DNA of 24,000 bases from Rhodoferax sp. (GTDB lineage Bacteria > Pseudomonadota > Gammaproteobacteria > Burkholderiales > Burkholderiaceae_C). The stretch lies in assembly GCA_024236015.1 (NCBI GenBank), contig JACKLK010000007.1:154057-178056 (forward strand), in the 5' to 3' direction. A program made the position numbers and the translations under genes. Shown piece after piece: positions 15,861 to 24,000 of this stretch. The notes beneath the pieces were generated by a model. The model was given only the letters and a program-made list of their open reading frames with translations, had not been told where the DNA came from and searched no databases. Position 1 is the stretch's first letter. Each line of letters opens with the position of its first letter.

Positions 15861-16159
15861 TAGATCGGCACACGGGTGCTGTTCACGGCCCGCAGGAAAT
15901 ACGGGTTGCGAATCGTTCGCGGGTTCACCAGGTCCACGGGACGTCCCAGCACGCTCTCCAGAGCATCGGCCAGGCCGAGCCACCGGTGGCCGCGCGAACC
16001 CGTGGCCTGCTCATCGAGCTCCACCAGAAAGTCATAGTCACTGGATGCGGGATCGAAGTCCGGCCCGGCCGCAGAGCCGAACAATTCCAGGTGCGCAACA
16101 CCGTACCGCTCGCACACGGCAGCGATGTCCGGAATCTTGCGCGCCAGAACTGCGTCCAT
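15830..16159 (-). CDS. nucleotidyltransferase-domain protein (MNT-type antitoxin of HEPN/MNT toxin-antitoxin pairs)
   Basis: Track ORF 15830..16177 starts at TTG; ATG 16159 is preferred (MDAVLARKIPDIAAVCERYGVAHLELFGSAAGPDFDPASSDYDFLVEL...). The GS...DxD minimal nucleotidyltransferase motif is present. Confidence 0.75.
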   Translation of the reverse strand: MDAVLARKIPDIAAVCERYGVAHLELFGSAAGPDFDPASSDYDFLVELDEQATGSRGHRWLGLADALESVLGRPVDLVNPRTIRNPYFLRAVNSTRVPIYDRQDAQAAG

Positions 16160-16169
16160 CGCGCGATTA

Positions 16170-16922
16170 TCAGACAACTGACTGCCGTATCCCCTGCAAC
16201 AGCTGCGTCACCGCGTCGTGCAGGTCCCGCGCCCACGTCCGGCGATCGCGGCCCAGCGCCTGCTCCGGTTCACCGAAATGCACCACCGCACGCATGCCAT
16301 CGCTGCCGAGCAGCCGCCAGATCGAACCGAGCAACGATTCGTCGCCGACGTAGCTGGCGGCCTGGCTGGTGTGGCCGTGCCGGTCGAGGTAACGCAGCGC
16401 CACCGGCTGCACCGGCGCCGGTGCCGAGATCGCGGCCTGGATCAGGTTGGCGTGGAACGGCAGCAGTGTGATGCCGTCACCGGTCGTGCCTTCGGGGAAC
16501 ACCATCAGGATGTCACCGTCGCGCAGCGCCTGCACCATGTCGTGCACGACCCGCATCGCGTCGCGGCGCGAGCTGCGTTCGATGTACAACGTGCCGGCGC
16601 CGGTGGCCAGGCGCCCGACGATGGGCCAGCGCCCGACGTCGGCCTTGGAGACGAAGCGGCAATGGTGGGCCGCATGCAGCACGATGATGTCGAGCCAGGA
16701 CACATGGTTGCACACCAGCAGCATCGGCCCGATCGCCGGCGGCTGGCCCGAGACATGCAGCGTCACGCCCAGGCGCAGCAGCATGGCCGCCGACCAGGCC
16801 TGCACGCGCAGGTCGCGCTGCGCCGGGGTCAGGCGCGGAAACAGCCAGACGATGGTGGCCAGGCCGCGCAGCAGGTGCACAAACACCCGCCAGGCGCGCC
16901 AGGCGACGCGCAGCAGCGTCAC
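16170..16922 (-). CDS. plsC: 1-acyl-sn-glycerol-3-phosphate acyltransferase family protein
   Basis: C-terminal 250 codons of track ORF 16170..18065. The GTG start at 16922 overlaps the upstream stop (GTGA). Acyltransferase motifs NHVSWLDI and FPEGTT are present. Confidence 0.8.
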   Translation of the reverse strand: MTLLRVAWRAWRVFVHLLRGLATIVWLFPRLTPAQRDLRVQAWSAAMLLRLGVTLHVSGQPPAIGPMLLVCNHVSWLDIIVLHAAHHCRFVSKADVGRWPIVGRLATGAGTLYIERSSRRDAMRVVHDMVQALRDGDILMVFPEGTTGDGITLLPFHANLIQAAISAPAPVQPVALRYLDRHGHTSQAASYVGDESLLGSIWRLLGSDGMRAVVHFGEPEQALGRDRRTWARDLHDAVTQLLQGIRQSVV

Positions 16923-18214
16923 GCTTCGAACGCGAGGTAGCCGCCCACGATGGTGCAACGCACCTTCGCGCGCAGCGCATATCCCGAGAACGGCGTGTGT
17001 TTGCCCTGGCTGCGCAAGGTGTCCGCGTTGATCACCCATTCGGCCTGCGGATCGTAGACACACAGGTCGGCCACGCCACCCACCACGAGCCGGCCGGCGC
17101 CGCCCGCCGGCGCGGCATCGTTGCCACCGGCCATGATGGCGGCCGGCGCGCTGGTCAGCACCTGCAGCGCGCGGCGCAGGTCGACGCCGCTGCTCTCGGC
17201 CCACTTGAGGGCCATGCCGAGCAGCAGTTCGACGGCGCTGGCGCCGGCCTCGCTTTCGGCGAACGGCAGCGTCTTCTGGTCTTCGTCGACCGGGCTGTGG
17301 TCGGACACCAGCGCATCGACGGTGCCGTCGGCCAGTGCCCGGCCGATCGCGTCGCGGTCGCGCTGCTGGCGCAGCGGCGGCTTGAGGTGGGAGCGGCTGT
17401 CGAAATAACCGATGTCGGTGTCGATCAGGTGCAGCGAGTGGATGCTGACGTCGCAGGTCAGCGGCAGGCCTTCGGCCTTGGCCTGGCGCACCAGTTCCAG
17501 GCCGGCCGCGCTGCTGATGCGGCACAGGTGCACGCGCGCGCCGCTCGAGCGCATCAGCTCGACGATGCTGAAGATGGCGATGGTCTCGGCCGCCACCGGC
17601 ACGCCGGACAGGCCCATGCGCGTGGCCAGCGGCCCGCTGGCGACGACGCCCGTGCCCAGGTCGCGGTCCTGCGGGCGCAGCCACACGGTGTAGCCGAAGG
17701 TGCTGGCGTATTGCAGCGCGCGCGACAACATCTGCAGCGTGGGCAGCGGCACGTCGGCCTGGCCGAAGCCGATGCAGCCGGCCTGGGTCAGCGACACCAT
17801 CTCGGTCAGCACCTCGCCGCGCAGGCCGCGGGTCAGCGCGCCGAGCGGGAACACCCGGCACTGGTGCAGCTTTTCGGAGCGAAAACGCAGCATCTCGACC
17901 AGGCCGGGTTCGTCGAGCACCGGGTCGGTGTCGGGCGGGCAGACCAGGCTGGTCACGCCGCCGGCCACGGCGGCCGCCATCTCCGACTGCAACATGTGGG
18001 CATGTTCGTGGCCCGGCTCGCGCAGCCGCACGGCCAGGTCGACCAGGCCGGGCGCGACCACGCACTGGCTGGCGTCGATGGTCTTGTTCGGATGGAAATC
18101 CGCCGGCACGTCGCCGACGGCGACGATCCGGCCCGCGGCCACCGCCACATCACAGGTCCGGTCCAGCCCGCTCGCGGGATCGATGACCCTGCCGCCCTTG
18201 ATCAGTATCTTCAT
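16919..18214 (-). CDS. dihydroorotase-like protein (probably non-catalytic PyrC-prime type partner of ATCase)
   Basis: 431-aa track ORF, amidohydrolase/DHOase fold (MKILIKGGRVIDP...). Where active enzymes carry D-x-H-x-H-x-R it reads VDLAVRLREPG, so both His are missing. Lies immediately downstream of pyrB. Confidence 0.85.
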   Translation of the reverse strand: MKILIKGGRVIDPASGLDRTCDVAVAAGRIVAVGDVPADFHPNKTIDASQCVVAPGLVDLAVRLREPGHEHAHMLQSEMAAAVAGGVTSLVCPPDTDPVLDEPGLVEMLRFRSEKLHQCRVFPLGALTRGLRGEVLTEMVSLTQAGCIGFGQADVPLPTLQMLSRALQYASTFGYTVWLRPQDRDLGTGVVASGPLATRMGLSGVPVAAETIAIFSIVELMRSSGARVHLCRISSAAGLELVRQAKAEGLPLTCDVSIHSLHLIDTDIGYFDSRSHLKPPLRQQRDRDAIGRALADGTVDALVSDHSPVDEDQKTLPFAESEAGASAVELLLGMALKWAESSGVDLRRALQVLTSAPAAIMAGGNDAAPAGGAGRLVVGGVADLCVYDPQAEWVINADTLRSQGKHTPFSGYALRAKVRCTIVGGYLAFEA

Positions 18215-18227
18215 GACTGCTCGCGCC

Positions 18228-19229
18228 TCAATTCGACTCGTTGCCCGCGACCAGGCTCATCACCGCCATGCGCACGGCGATGCCGAAGGTCACCTGCGGC
18301 AGGATCACGCTCTGCGTGCCGTCGACCACCTCGGAGGCGATCTCGACGCCGCGGTTGATCGGCCCTGGGTGCATGACGATGGCATCCGGCCTGGCCAGTT
18401 GCAACATCTCGCGCGTCAGGCCGTAACTCATGAAGTACTCCTGCGCCGACGGCAGCAGCGCGCCGCTCATGCGTTCGTTCTGCAGCCGCAGCATGATGAT
18501 GACGTCGCAGTCGCGGATGCCTTCCTTCAGGTTGTGGCACACGCGCACGCCCATCTGCGCCAGGTCGGCCGGCACCAGGGTCTTGGGGCCGACCACCCGC
18601 ACCTCGGCCGCGCCCAGTGTGGTCAGGCCGTGGATGTCGGAGCGCGCCACGCGCGAATGCAGCACGTCGCCGACGATGGCCACCGTCAGGTTGGAGAAGT
18701 CCTTCTTGTAGTGCCGGATCGTGAACATGTCCAGCAGGCCTTGCGTCGGGTGCGAATGGCGGCCGTCGCCGGCGTTGATCACGTGCACGTGCGGCGCCAC
18801 GTGTTTGGCGATCAGGTAGGGCGCACCCGACTCGCTGTGGCGCACGACGAAGATGTCGGCCGCCATCGCGCTCAGGTTGGCGATGGTGTCGAGCAGCGAC
18901 TCGCCCTTGGACGCCGACGAACGCGCGATGTCCAGGTTGATGACGTCGGCGCTGAGCCGCTTGGCCGCGATCTCGAACGTGGTGCGGGTGCGGGTGGAGT
19001 TCTCGAAGAACAGGTTGAACACGCTGCGTCCGCGCAGCAACGGCACCTTCTTGACCTCGCGGTCGTTGACGCTGACGAAGTTCTCGGCCGTGTCCAGCAC
19101 CTGTCGCAGGATCTCGGCCGGCAGGCCTTCGACGGACAACAGGTGGACCAGTTCGCCGTTCTTGTTGAGCTGGGGATTACGTCGGTACAACACGCTGGGT
19201 TCTTTCTTCTGCTCTGGTGGCCGGCTCAC
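18228..19229 (-). CDS. pyrB: aspartate carbamoyltransferase catalytic subunit
   Basis: 333-aa track ORF with a GTG start. Motifs: [21 protein letters not shown], and LRLQNERM-type C-domain motifs. Confidence 0.9.
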   Translation of the reverse strand: MSRPPEQKKEPSVLYRRNPQLNKNGELVHLLSVEGLPAEILRQVLDTAENFVSVNDREVKKVPLLRGRSVFNLFFENSTRTRTTFEIAAKRLSADVINLDIARSSASKGESLLDTIANLSAMAADIFVVRHSESGAPYLIAKHVAPHVHVINAGDGRHSHPTQGLLDMFTIRHYKKDFSNLTVAIVGDVLHSRVARSDIHGLTTLGAAEVRVVGPKTLVPADLAQMGVRVCHNLKEGIRDCDVIIMLRLQNERMSGALLPSAQEYFMSYGLTREMLQLARPDAIVMHPGPINRGVEIASEVVDGTQSVILPQVTFGIAVRMAVMSLVAGNESN

Positions 19230-19260
19230 GCCGCGCGGGCCCGTCGCCCGGTGGCGGCCC

Positions 19261-19802
<542 letters not shown>

Positions 19803-19806
<4 letters not shown>

Positions 19807-20234
19807 GGAAGACTCCGCAGAAACTGTTCGAGGATGATGCAGGCCGCGCCGGCATCGGGGTCGCGCGCGCCGTCGGACAAGGCTTCGGTCGTGCTGTAAC
19901 GCTCGTCGACCTCGTACACCGGCAACGGGAAGCGGCCGCGCAGGCCACGCGCGAACTTGCGCGCCAGCCGGGTGTTCTCGTGTTCGGCGCCATCGGGATG
20001 CAGCGGCACACCGACCACCAGGGCCTGCGGCTGCCATTCGGCGATCTGCTGCGCAACCCGCTCCAGGCGCTGCTGCGTCTCGCGCGCCTGTATCGTGGGC
20101 AGCGGCCGGGCCTGGCCCAGCAAACGCGTGCCGAACGCCACGCCGGTGCGCCGGGTGCCGAAGTCCAGCGCGAGGAAACTCTGCAGGTCCGCACGCACCG
20201 GCGGCTGCTGCGCCTGCACCGCGGCCTCAGGCAT
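19803..20234 (-). CDS. ruvX: Holliday junction resolvase RuvX (YqgF family)
   Basis: 143-aa track ORF: FLALDFGTRRTGVAFG ... VDERYSTTEA, typical of YqgF/RuvX. Confidence 0.9.
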
Positions 20235-20826
20235 GACCGGCCTGCGGCGACAACATCCAGACCTGCAGGCCGAGCAACTCCAGTGCCTTGTCGTAACGCT
20301 GGTCCACCGGCGTGTCGAAGATCACCGACAGGTCGGCATCGACCGTGAGCCAGCTGTTGTCGCCCAGTTCGGATTCGAGCTGGCCTTCACCCCAGGCCGA
20401 ATACCCGAGCGACACCAGCACCCGCCGCGGGCCGTTGCCGGTGGACAAGGCCTCGAGCACGTCCTTGGACGTGGTCATCTCCAGCCCGCCGGGGATGGAC
20501 ATGGTGGACGCGTACACCGGCTCGTCGGGCTTGTCGACCTCGGCGAAGAAGGCCTCGTGCAACACGAAGCCGCGGTCGGTCTGCACCGGCCCGCCCTGGA
20601 ACACCGGCAGCTGCTGCAGGTCGTCGCGGCCCAGCGGCAGCTGCACCTTGTCGAACAAGCCCTTGAGGTTGATGTCGCTGGGCTTGTTGATGACCAGGCC
20701 CAGCGCACCGCGCTCGCTGTGTTCGCACACATAGACCACGCTGCGCGCGAAAGACGCATCGTCGAGCCCGGGCATGGCGATCAGAAAATGATTCGTCAGG
20801 TTGATGGGCGCAGAATCCATGGGCAT
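20227..20826 (-). CDS. YqgE/AlgH family protein (UPF0301)
   Basis: 199-aa track ORF: LTNHFLIAMPGLDDASFARSVVYVCEHSERGALGLVINKP ... GYSAWGEGQLESEL, the hallmark YqgE/AlgH sequence. Confidence 0.9.
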   Translation of the reverse strand: MPMDSAPINLTNHFLIAMPGLDDASFARSVVYVCEHSERGALGLVINKPSDINLKGLFDKVQLPLGRDDLQQLPVFQGGPVQTDRGFVLHEAFFAEVDKPDEPVYASTMSIPGGLEMTTSKDVLEALSTGNGPRRVLVSLGYSAWGEGQLESELGDNSWLTVDADLSVIFDTPVDQRYDKALELLGLQVWMLSPQAGHA

Positions 20827-20847
20827 CGAGGAATTTTAGCGGTCCCC

Positions 20848-22356
20848 ATGAACAAAGCCTTCGACACCGGCCTGGTCTGGCTGCGACGTGATCTGCGCGT
20901 CGACGACAACGCGGCGCTGCACCTGGCGCTGGCCTCGTGCCGCCACGTCCACTGCGCCTTCGTGTTCGACTCCGGCATCCTCGATCCGCTGCCGCGCGCC
21001 GACCGGCGCGTCGAGTTCATCCGCGAATCCCTGGTCGACCTGGACCAGGCGCTGCGCGAGGCCGGCGGCAACCCGCATGCCGGCCTGATCGTGCGCCAGG
21101 GCGCGGCGGTCGAGACCATCACCACGCTGGCGCGCGAACTCGGCGTGCAGGCGGTGTTCGCGGCCCGTGACTACGAACCCGAGGCGATCGAACGCGACCG
21201 CCAGGTGCTGGGTGCGCTGGCCCGCTGCGGCATCGCGATGCACATGGTCAAGGACCAGGTGGTGTTCGAGCAGCGCGAGCTGCTCACGCGCACCGGCACG
21301 CCCTACACCGTGTTCACCCCGTACAAGAAGGCCTGGCTGGCGCTGGTGGACGAACACCACCTGCGCAGCCACGACGTCCATGCCCATGCCGAGGCGCTGG
21401 CCGCGCGTCCGCCGGCCCTGCGCCAGCCGGTGCCCACGCTGGCCGAAATCGGTTTCGAGAAGACCAACCTGTCGCAGCTGCGTATTCCCACCGGCAGCTC
21501 CGGGGCGCGCAGCCTGTTCGCCGAGTTCATCGAACGCATGGACCAGTACCACGAGACGCGCGACTTCCCGGCGGTCAAGGGCCCGAGTTACCTCGGCGTG
21601 CACCTGCGTTTCGGCACCGTCTCCGTACGCCGGCTCGCGGCCGCGGCGCTGCAGGCCAGCATCGCCGGCAGCGCGGGTGCCTCGGTCTGGCTCGGCGAGC
21701 TGGTCTGGCGCGAGTTCTATTTCCAGATCCTGACGCACTTCCCGCATGTCGCGCAATCGAGCTTCAAGCCGGCGTTCGATGCGATCCGCTGGCGCCATGG
21801 CGCCAAGGCCGACGCCTTGTTCCAGGCCTGGTGCGAGGGGCGCACCGGTTACCCGATCGTCGACGCCGCGATGGCGCAGATCAACCGGACCGGTTACATG
21901 CACAACCGGCTGCGCATGGTGGCCGGCAGTTTCCTGGTCAAGGACCTGGGCATCGACTGGCGCCGGGGCGAACGGTATTTCGCCGAGCATCTCAACGACT
22001 TCGACCTGGCGGCCAACAACGGCGGCTGGCAGTGGGTGGCCTCGAGCGGCTGCGACGCGCAGCCCTGGTTCCGCATCTTCAACCCGATCCGCCAGAGCGA
22101 GAAGTTCGATCCGCACGGCAGGTTCATCGCGCGATACCTGCCGCAGCTGGCCGCGCTGCCGGCCTCGGCCATCCATGCGCCGTGGCGCTGCGGCGAGCTC
22201 GAGCTGGCCGCGGCCGGGGTGCGGCTGGGCGAGAACTATCCGCGCCCGATCGTCGACCATGACGAGGCGCGCGAGCAGACGCTGGCGCGGTATGCCGTGG
22301 TACGTGCGCCCAAACCGGACGCCGAGGCTGCGGCCGCGCGCCGGAGCCGTCGCTGA
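20848..22356 (+). CDS. phrB: deoxyribodipyrimidine photolyase / cryptochrome family protein
   Basis: In-frame ATG 20848 within track ORF 19957..22356 (MNKAFDTGLVWLRRDLRVDDNAAL...). FAD-binding region TGYPIVDAAMAQINRTGYMHNRLRM ... NNGGWQW. 502 aa. Confidence 0.9.
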   Translation: MNKAFDTGLVWLRRDLRVDDNAALHLALASCRHVHCAFVFDSGILDPLPRADRRVEFIRESLVDLDQALREAGGNPHAGLIVRQGAAVETITTLARELGVQAVFAARDYEPEAIERDRQVLGALARCGIAMHMVKDQVVFEQRELLTRTGTPYTVFTPYKKAWLALVDEHHLRSHDVHAHAEALAARPPALRQPVPTLAEIGFEKTNLSQLRIPTGSSGARSLFAEFIERMDQYHETRDFPAVKGPSYLGVHLRFGTVSVRRLAAAALQASIAGSAGASVWLGELVWREFYFQILTHFPHVAQSSFKPAFDAIRWRHGAKADALFQAWCEGRTGYPIVDAAMAQINRTGYMHNRLRMVAGSFLVKDLGIDWRRGERYFAEHLNDFDLAANNGGWQWVASSGCDAQPWFRIFNPIRQSEKFDPHGRFIARYLPQLAALPASAIHAPWRCGELELAAAGVRLGENYPRPIVDHDEAREQTLARYAVVRAPKPDAEAAAARRSRR

Positions 22357-22377
22357 CGACGGGCCCCGGCCGCGGAC

Positions 22378-24000
22378 TCAGGCCGGCACCTCGGCCTGGA
22401 CCGGAACGGCGCAGTAGTGCCGCAACAGGCCCAGCAGTTCGTCTTCGGCGTAGGGCTTGCCGAGGTAGTGGTCGACACCGAGCTCGGTCGCCATCTCGCG
22501 GTGTTTCTCGGCGATGCGCGACGTGATCATGATGATGGGAAGGCCGCGCATGCGATCGTCGCCGCGGATGTTGCGCGCCAGGTCGAAGCCGTCCATGCGC
22601 GGCATCTCGATGTCGGACAAGACCACGGCCGGCAGTTCCTCCTGCAGCTTGGCCAGGGCCTGCAGGCCGTCGTTGGCCAGCACGACCCGGTAACCCTCGC
22701 GCAGCAACAGCCGCTGCGTGACGCGGCGCACGGTGATCGAATCGTCGACCACCATCACCAGCGGTGTTACCACACCGGCGGCCGGCGCCGCCGCCTGCGG
22801 CGTGCCGGCCTCGGCCTCGGCGCTCGCGGCCGTGCGGGCCTGGCGCGCGCTGGCCTGCATCTGCAGTGCCGCCTCGCCGTACACCGTGGCCAGCGCCACC
22901 GGGTTGTAGATCAGCACCACGGCGCCGGAGGCCAGCACCGACATGCCGGTCAGGCCCGGCATGCGCGAGAGTTGCGGCCCGAGGTTCTTGACCACCACCT
23001 CCTGGTTGCCCAGCACCTCGTCGACATGCACCGCGACCCGGCGGCCCGCGCTGCGGAACAGCAGCACCGGCAGGTGTTTCGACGCCGGCGCGCCGCTGGC
23101 ACCCGAGACCTGCAGCAAGGCGCCCGACCAGAAGAACGGCACCTGCTCGCCGCCGTGTTCGAACACATGCGACTGGTAGGCCTGCTCGACCTGCGCCGCC
23201 GGGACCCGGCGCACGATTTCGACCAGGTTGGACGGCACGCCCATGGCCATCTCGCCCAGGCGCAACATCACGACCTGCGTCACCGCCGTGGTCAGGGGCA
23301 CGACGAGCTTGAACTGCGTGCCGCGTCCGAGCTCGCTGGTGGTTTCGATGCGCCCGCCGAGTGCGTCGACCTCGGCTCGCACGACGTCGAGCCCGATGCC
23401 CCGGCCCGAGAGTTCGGTGACGTTCTCGGCCGTGGAGAAACCGGGTGCAAACACCAGGTTGGCGGTCTCGTCTTCGCCCAGCTCCTGGTAGGCCGCGATC
23501 AGGCCTTTGGCCACGGCCTTGGCGCGGATGCGGGTCAGGTCCAGCCCGCCGCCATCGTCGGAGAAGGTCACCGACACGTCGTTGCCTTCCTGTTGCAACG
23601 CGATCGTGATGGTGCCGGTGGCCGGCTTGCCGGCGGCCTCGCGCCGCTGCGGGCTCTCGATGCCGTGGTCGATGGCGTTGCGCAACATGTGCTCGAACGC
23701 CGGCACCATGCGATCGAGCACGCTGCGGTCGAGCTCCATCGAGCCCCCGACGATATCGAGCTTGACCTGCTTGCCCACGCCCTTGGCAGTCTGGCGCACC
23801 ACCCCGTACAGGCGCTCGGAGACCGACTCGAACTCGATCATCCGGGTGCGCAGCAGGTCGCGCTGCAGTTCGCGCGCCTGGCGCGCCTGGGCGATCAGGT
23901 CGTCCTCGGCGCCCTGCATGGCGCGCTGCAGCTGGCGCTGCACCGTGGCCACGTCGGACACCGACTCGGCCATGATGCGCGTGAGCTCCTGCACCCGCGT
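22378..24000 (-). CDS. CheA-like hybrid histidine kinase, C-terminal part (ChpA/PilL-type: HATPase + CheW-like + receiver); 5' end outside window
   Basis: Track ORF 22378..23994; the frame stays open to position 24000. HATPase motifs HMLRNAIDHGIE, DDGGGLD and GRGIGLDVV. These are followed by a CheW-like domain and a C-terminal REC domain (VMVVDDSITVRR...DIEMPRMDG...KP). Confidence 0.85.
   Translation of the reverse strand, partial: TRVQELTRIMAESVSDVATVQRQLQRAMQGAEDDLIAQARQARELQRDLLRTRMIEFESVSERLYGVVRQTAKGVGKQVKLDIVGGSMELDRSVLDRMVPAFEHMLRNAIDHGIESPQRREAAGKPATGTITIALQQEGNDVSVTFSDDGGGLDLTRIRAKAVAKGLIAAYQELGEDETANLVFAPGFSTAENVTELSGRGIGLDVVRAEVDALGGRIETTSELGRGTQFKLVVPLTTAVTQVVMLRLGEMAMGVPSNLVEIVRRVPAAQVEQAYQSHVFEHGGEQVPFFWSGALLQVSGASGAPASKHLPVLLFRSAGRRVAVHVDEVLGNQEVVVKNLGPQLSRMPGLTGMSVLASGAVVLIYNPVALATVYGEAALQMQASARQARTAASAEAEAGTPQAAAPAAGVVTPLVMVVDDSITVRRVTQRLLLREGYRVVLANDGLQALAKLQEELPAVVLSDIEMPRMDGFDLARNIRGDDRMRGLPIIMITSRIAEKHREMATELGVDHYLGKPYAEDELLGLLRHYCAVPVQAEVPA

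Overview
High-GC chromosome, probably betaproteobacterial. The ruvX-pyrR-pyrB-pyrC'-plsC gene order suggests Burkholderiales (inference). Hand-counted 60-nt lines give about 73% GC in the flank (9001-9060). At about 2444-8755 a lower-GC insert of about 6.3 kb interrupts the backbone (50% at 4381-4440, 43% at 7261-7320). It sits between a ZIP metal-transporter gene and an iron-type ABC permease gene and carries two single-gene anti-phage systems arranged tail-to-tail. The first is a single-chain SIR2-APAZ-short pAgo of about 1041 aa on the + strand (SPARSA-type: SIR2 Asn/His intact, PIWI catalytic positions substituted). The second is an Ec67/Retron-Eco2-like reverse transcriptase fused to a C-terminal TOPRIM domain on the - strand. 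I propose a msr-msd ncRNA directly upstream of that RT at 8280-8426, closed by a 10-13 nt a1/a2-type stem. I saw no integrase, tRNA or flanking direct repeat. Smaller unexplained items in the island are a perfect 13-bp GC hairpin with three GGCCGGCC octamers upstream of the pAgo, an 11-bp x3 tandem repeat in the 503-bp convergent spacer, and about 330 bp of unassigned sequence at the right junction. The rest of the window is ordinary backbone. It holds a WYL/YafY regulator (edge-truncated), GST, a divergent iron ABC permease/ATPase pair with a Fur-box-like AT-rich operator and no binding-protein gene, an SDR, a DinF-like MATE pump, GloB, and a NUDIX hydrolase. It also holds an MNT antitoxin with an apparently truncated HEPN partner, plsC, a DHOase-like gene, pyrB, pyrR, ruvX, a yqgE/algH-family gene, a photolyase, and the 3' part of a CheA/ChpA-like hybrid kinase. 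Many long ORFs in the track are high-GC shadow frames and were rejected.
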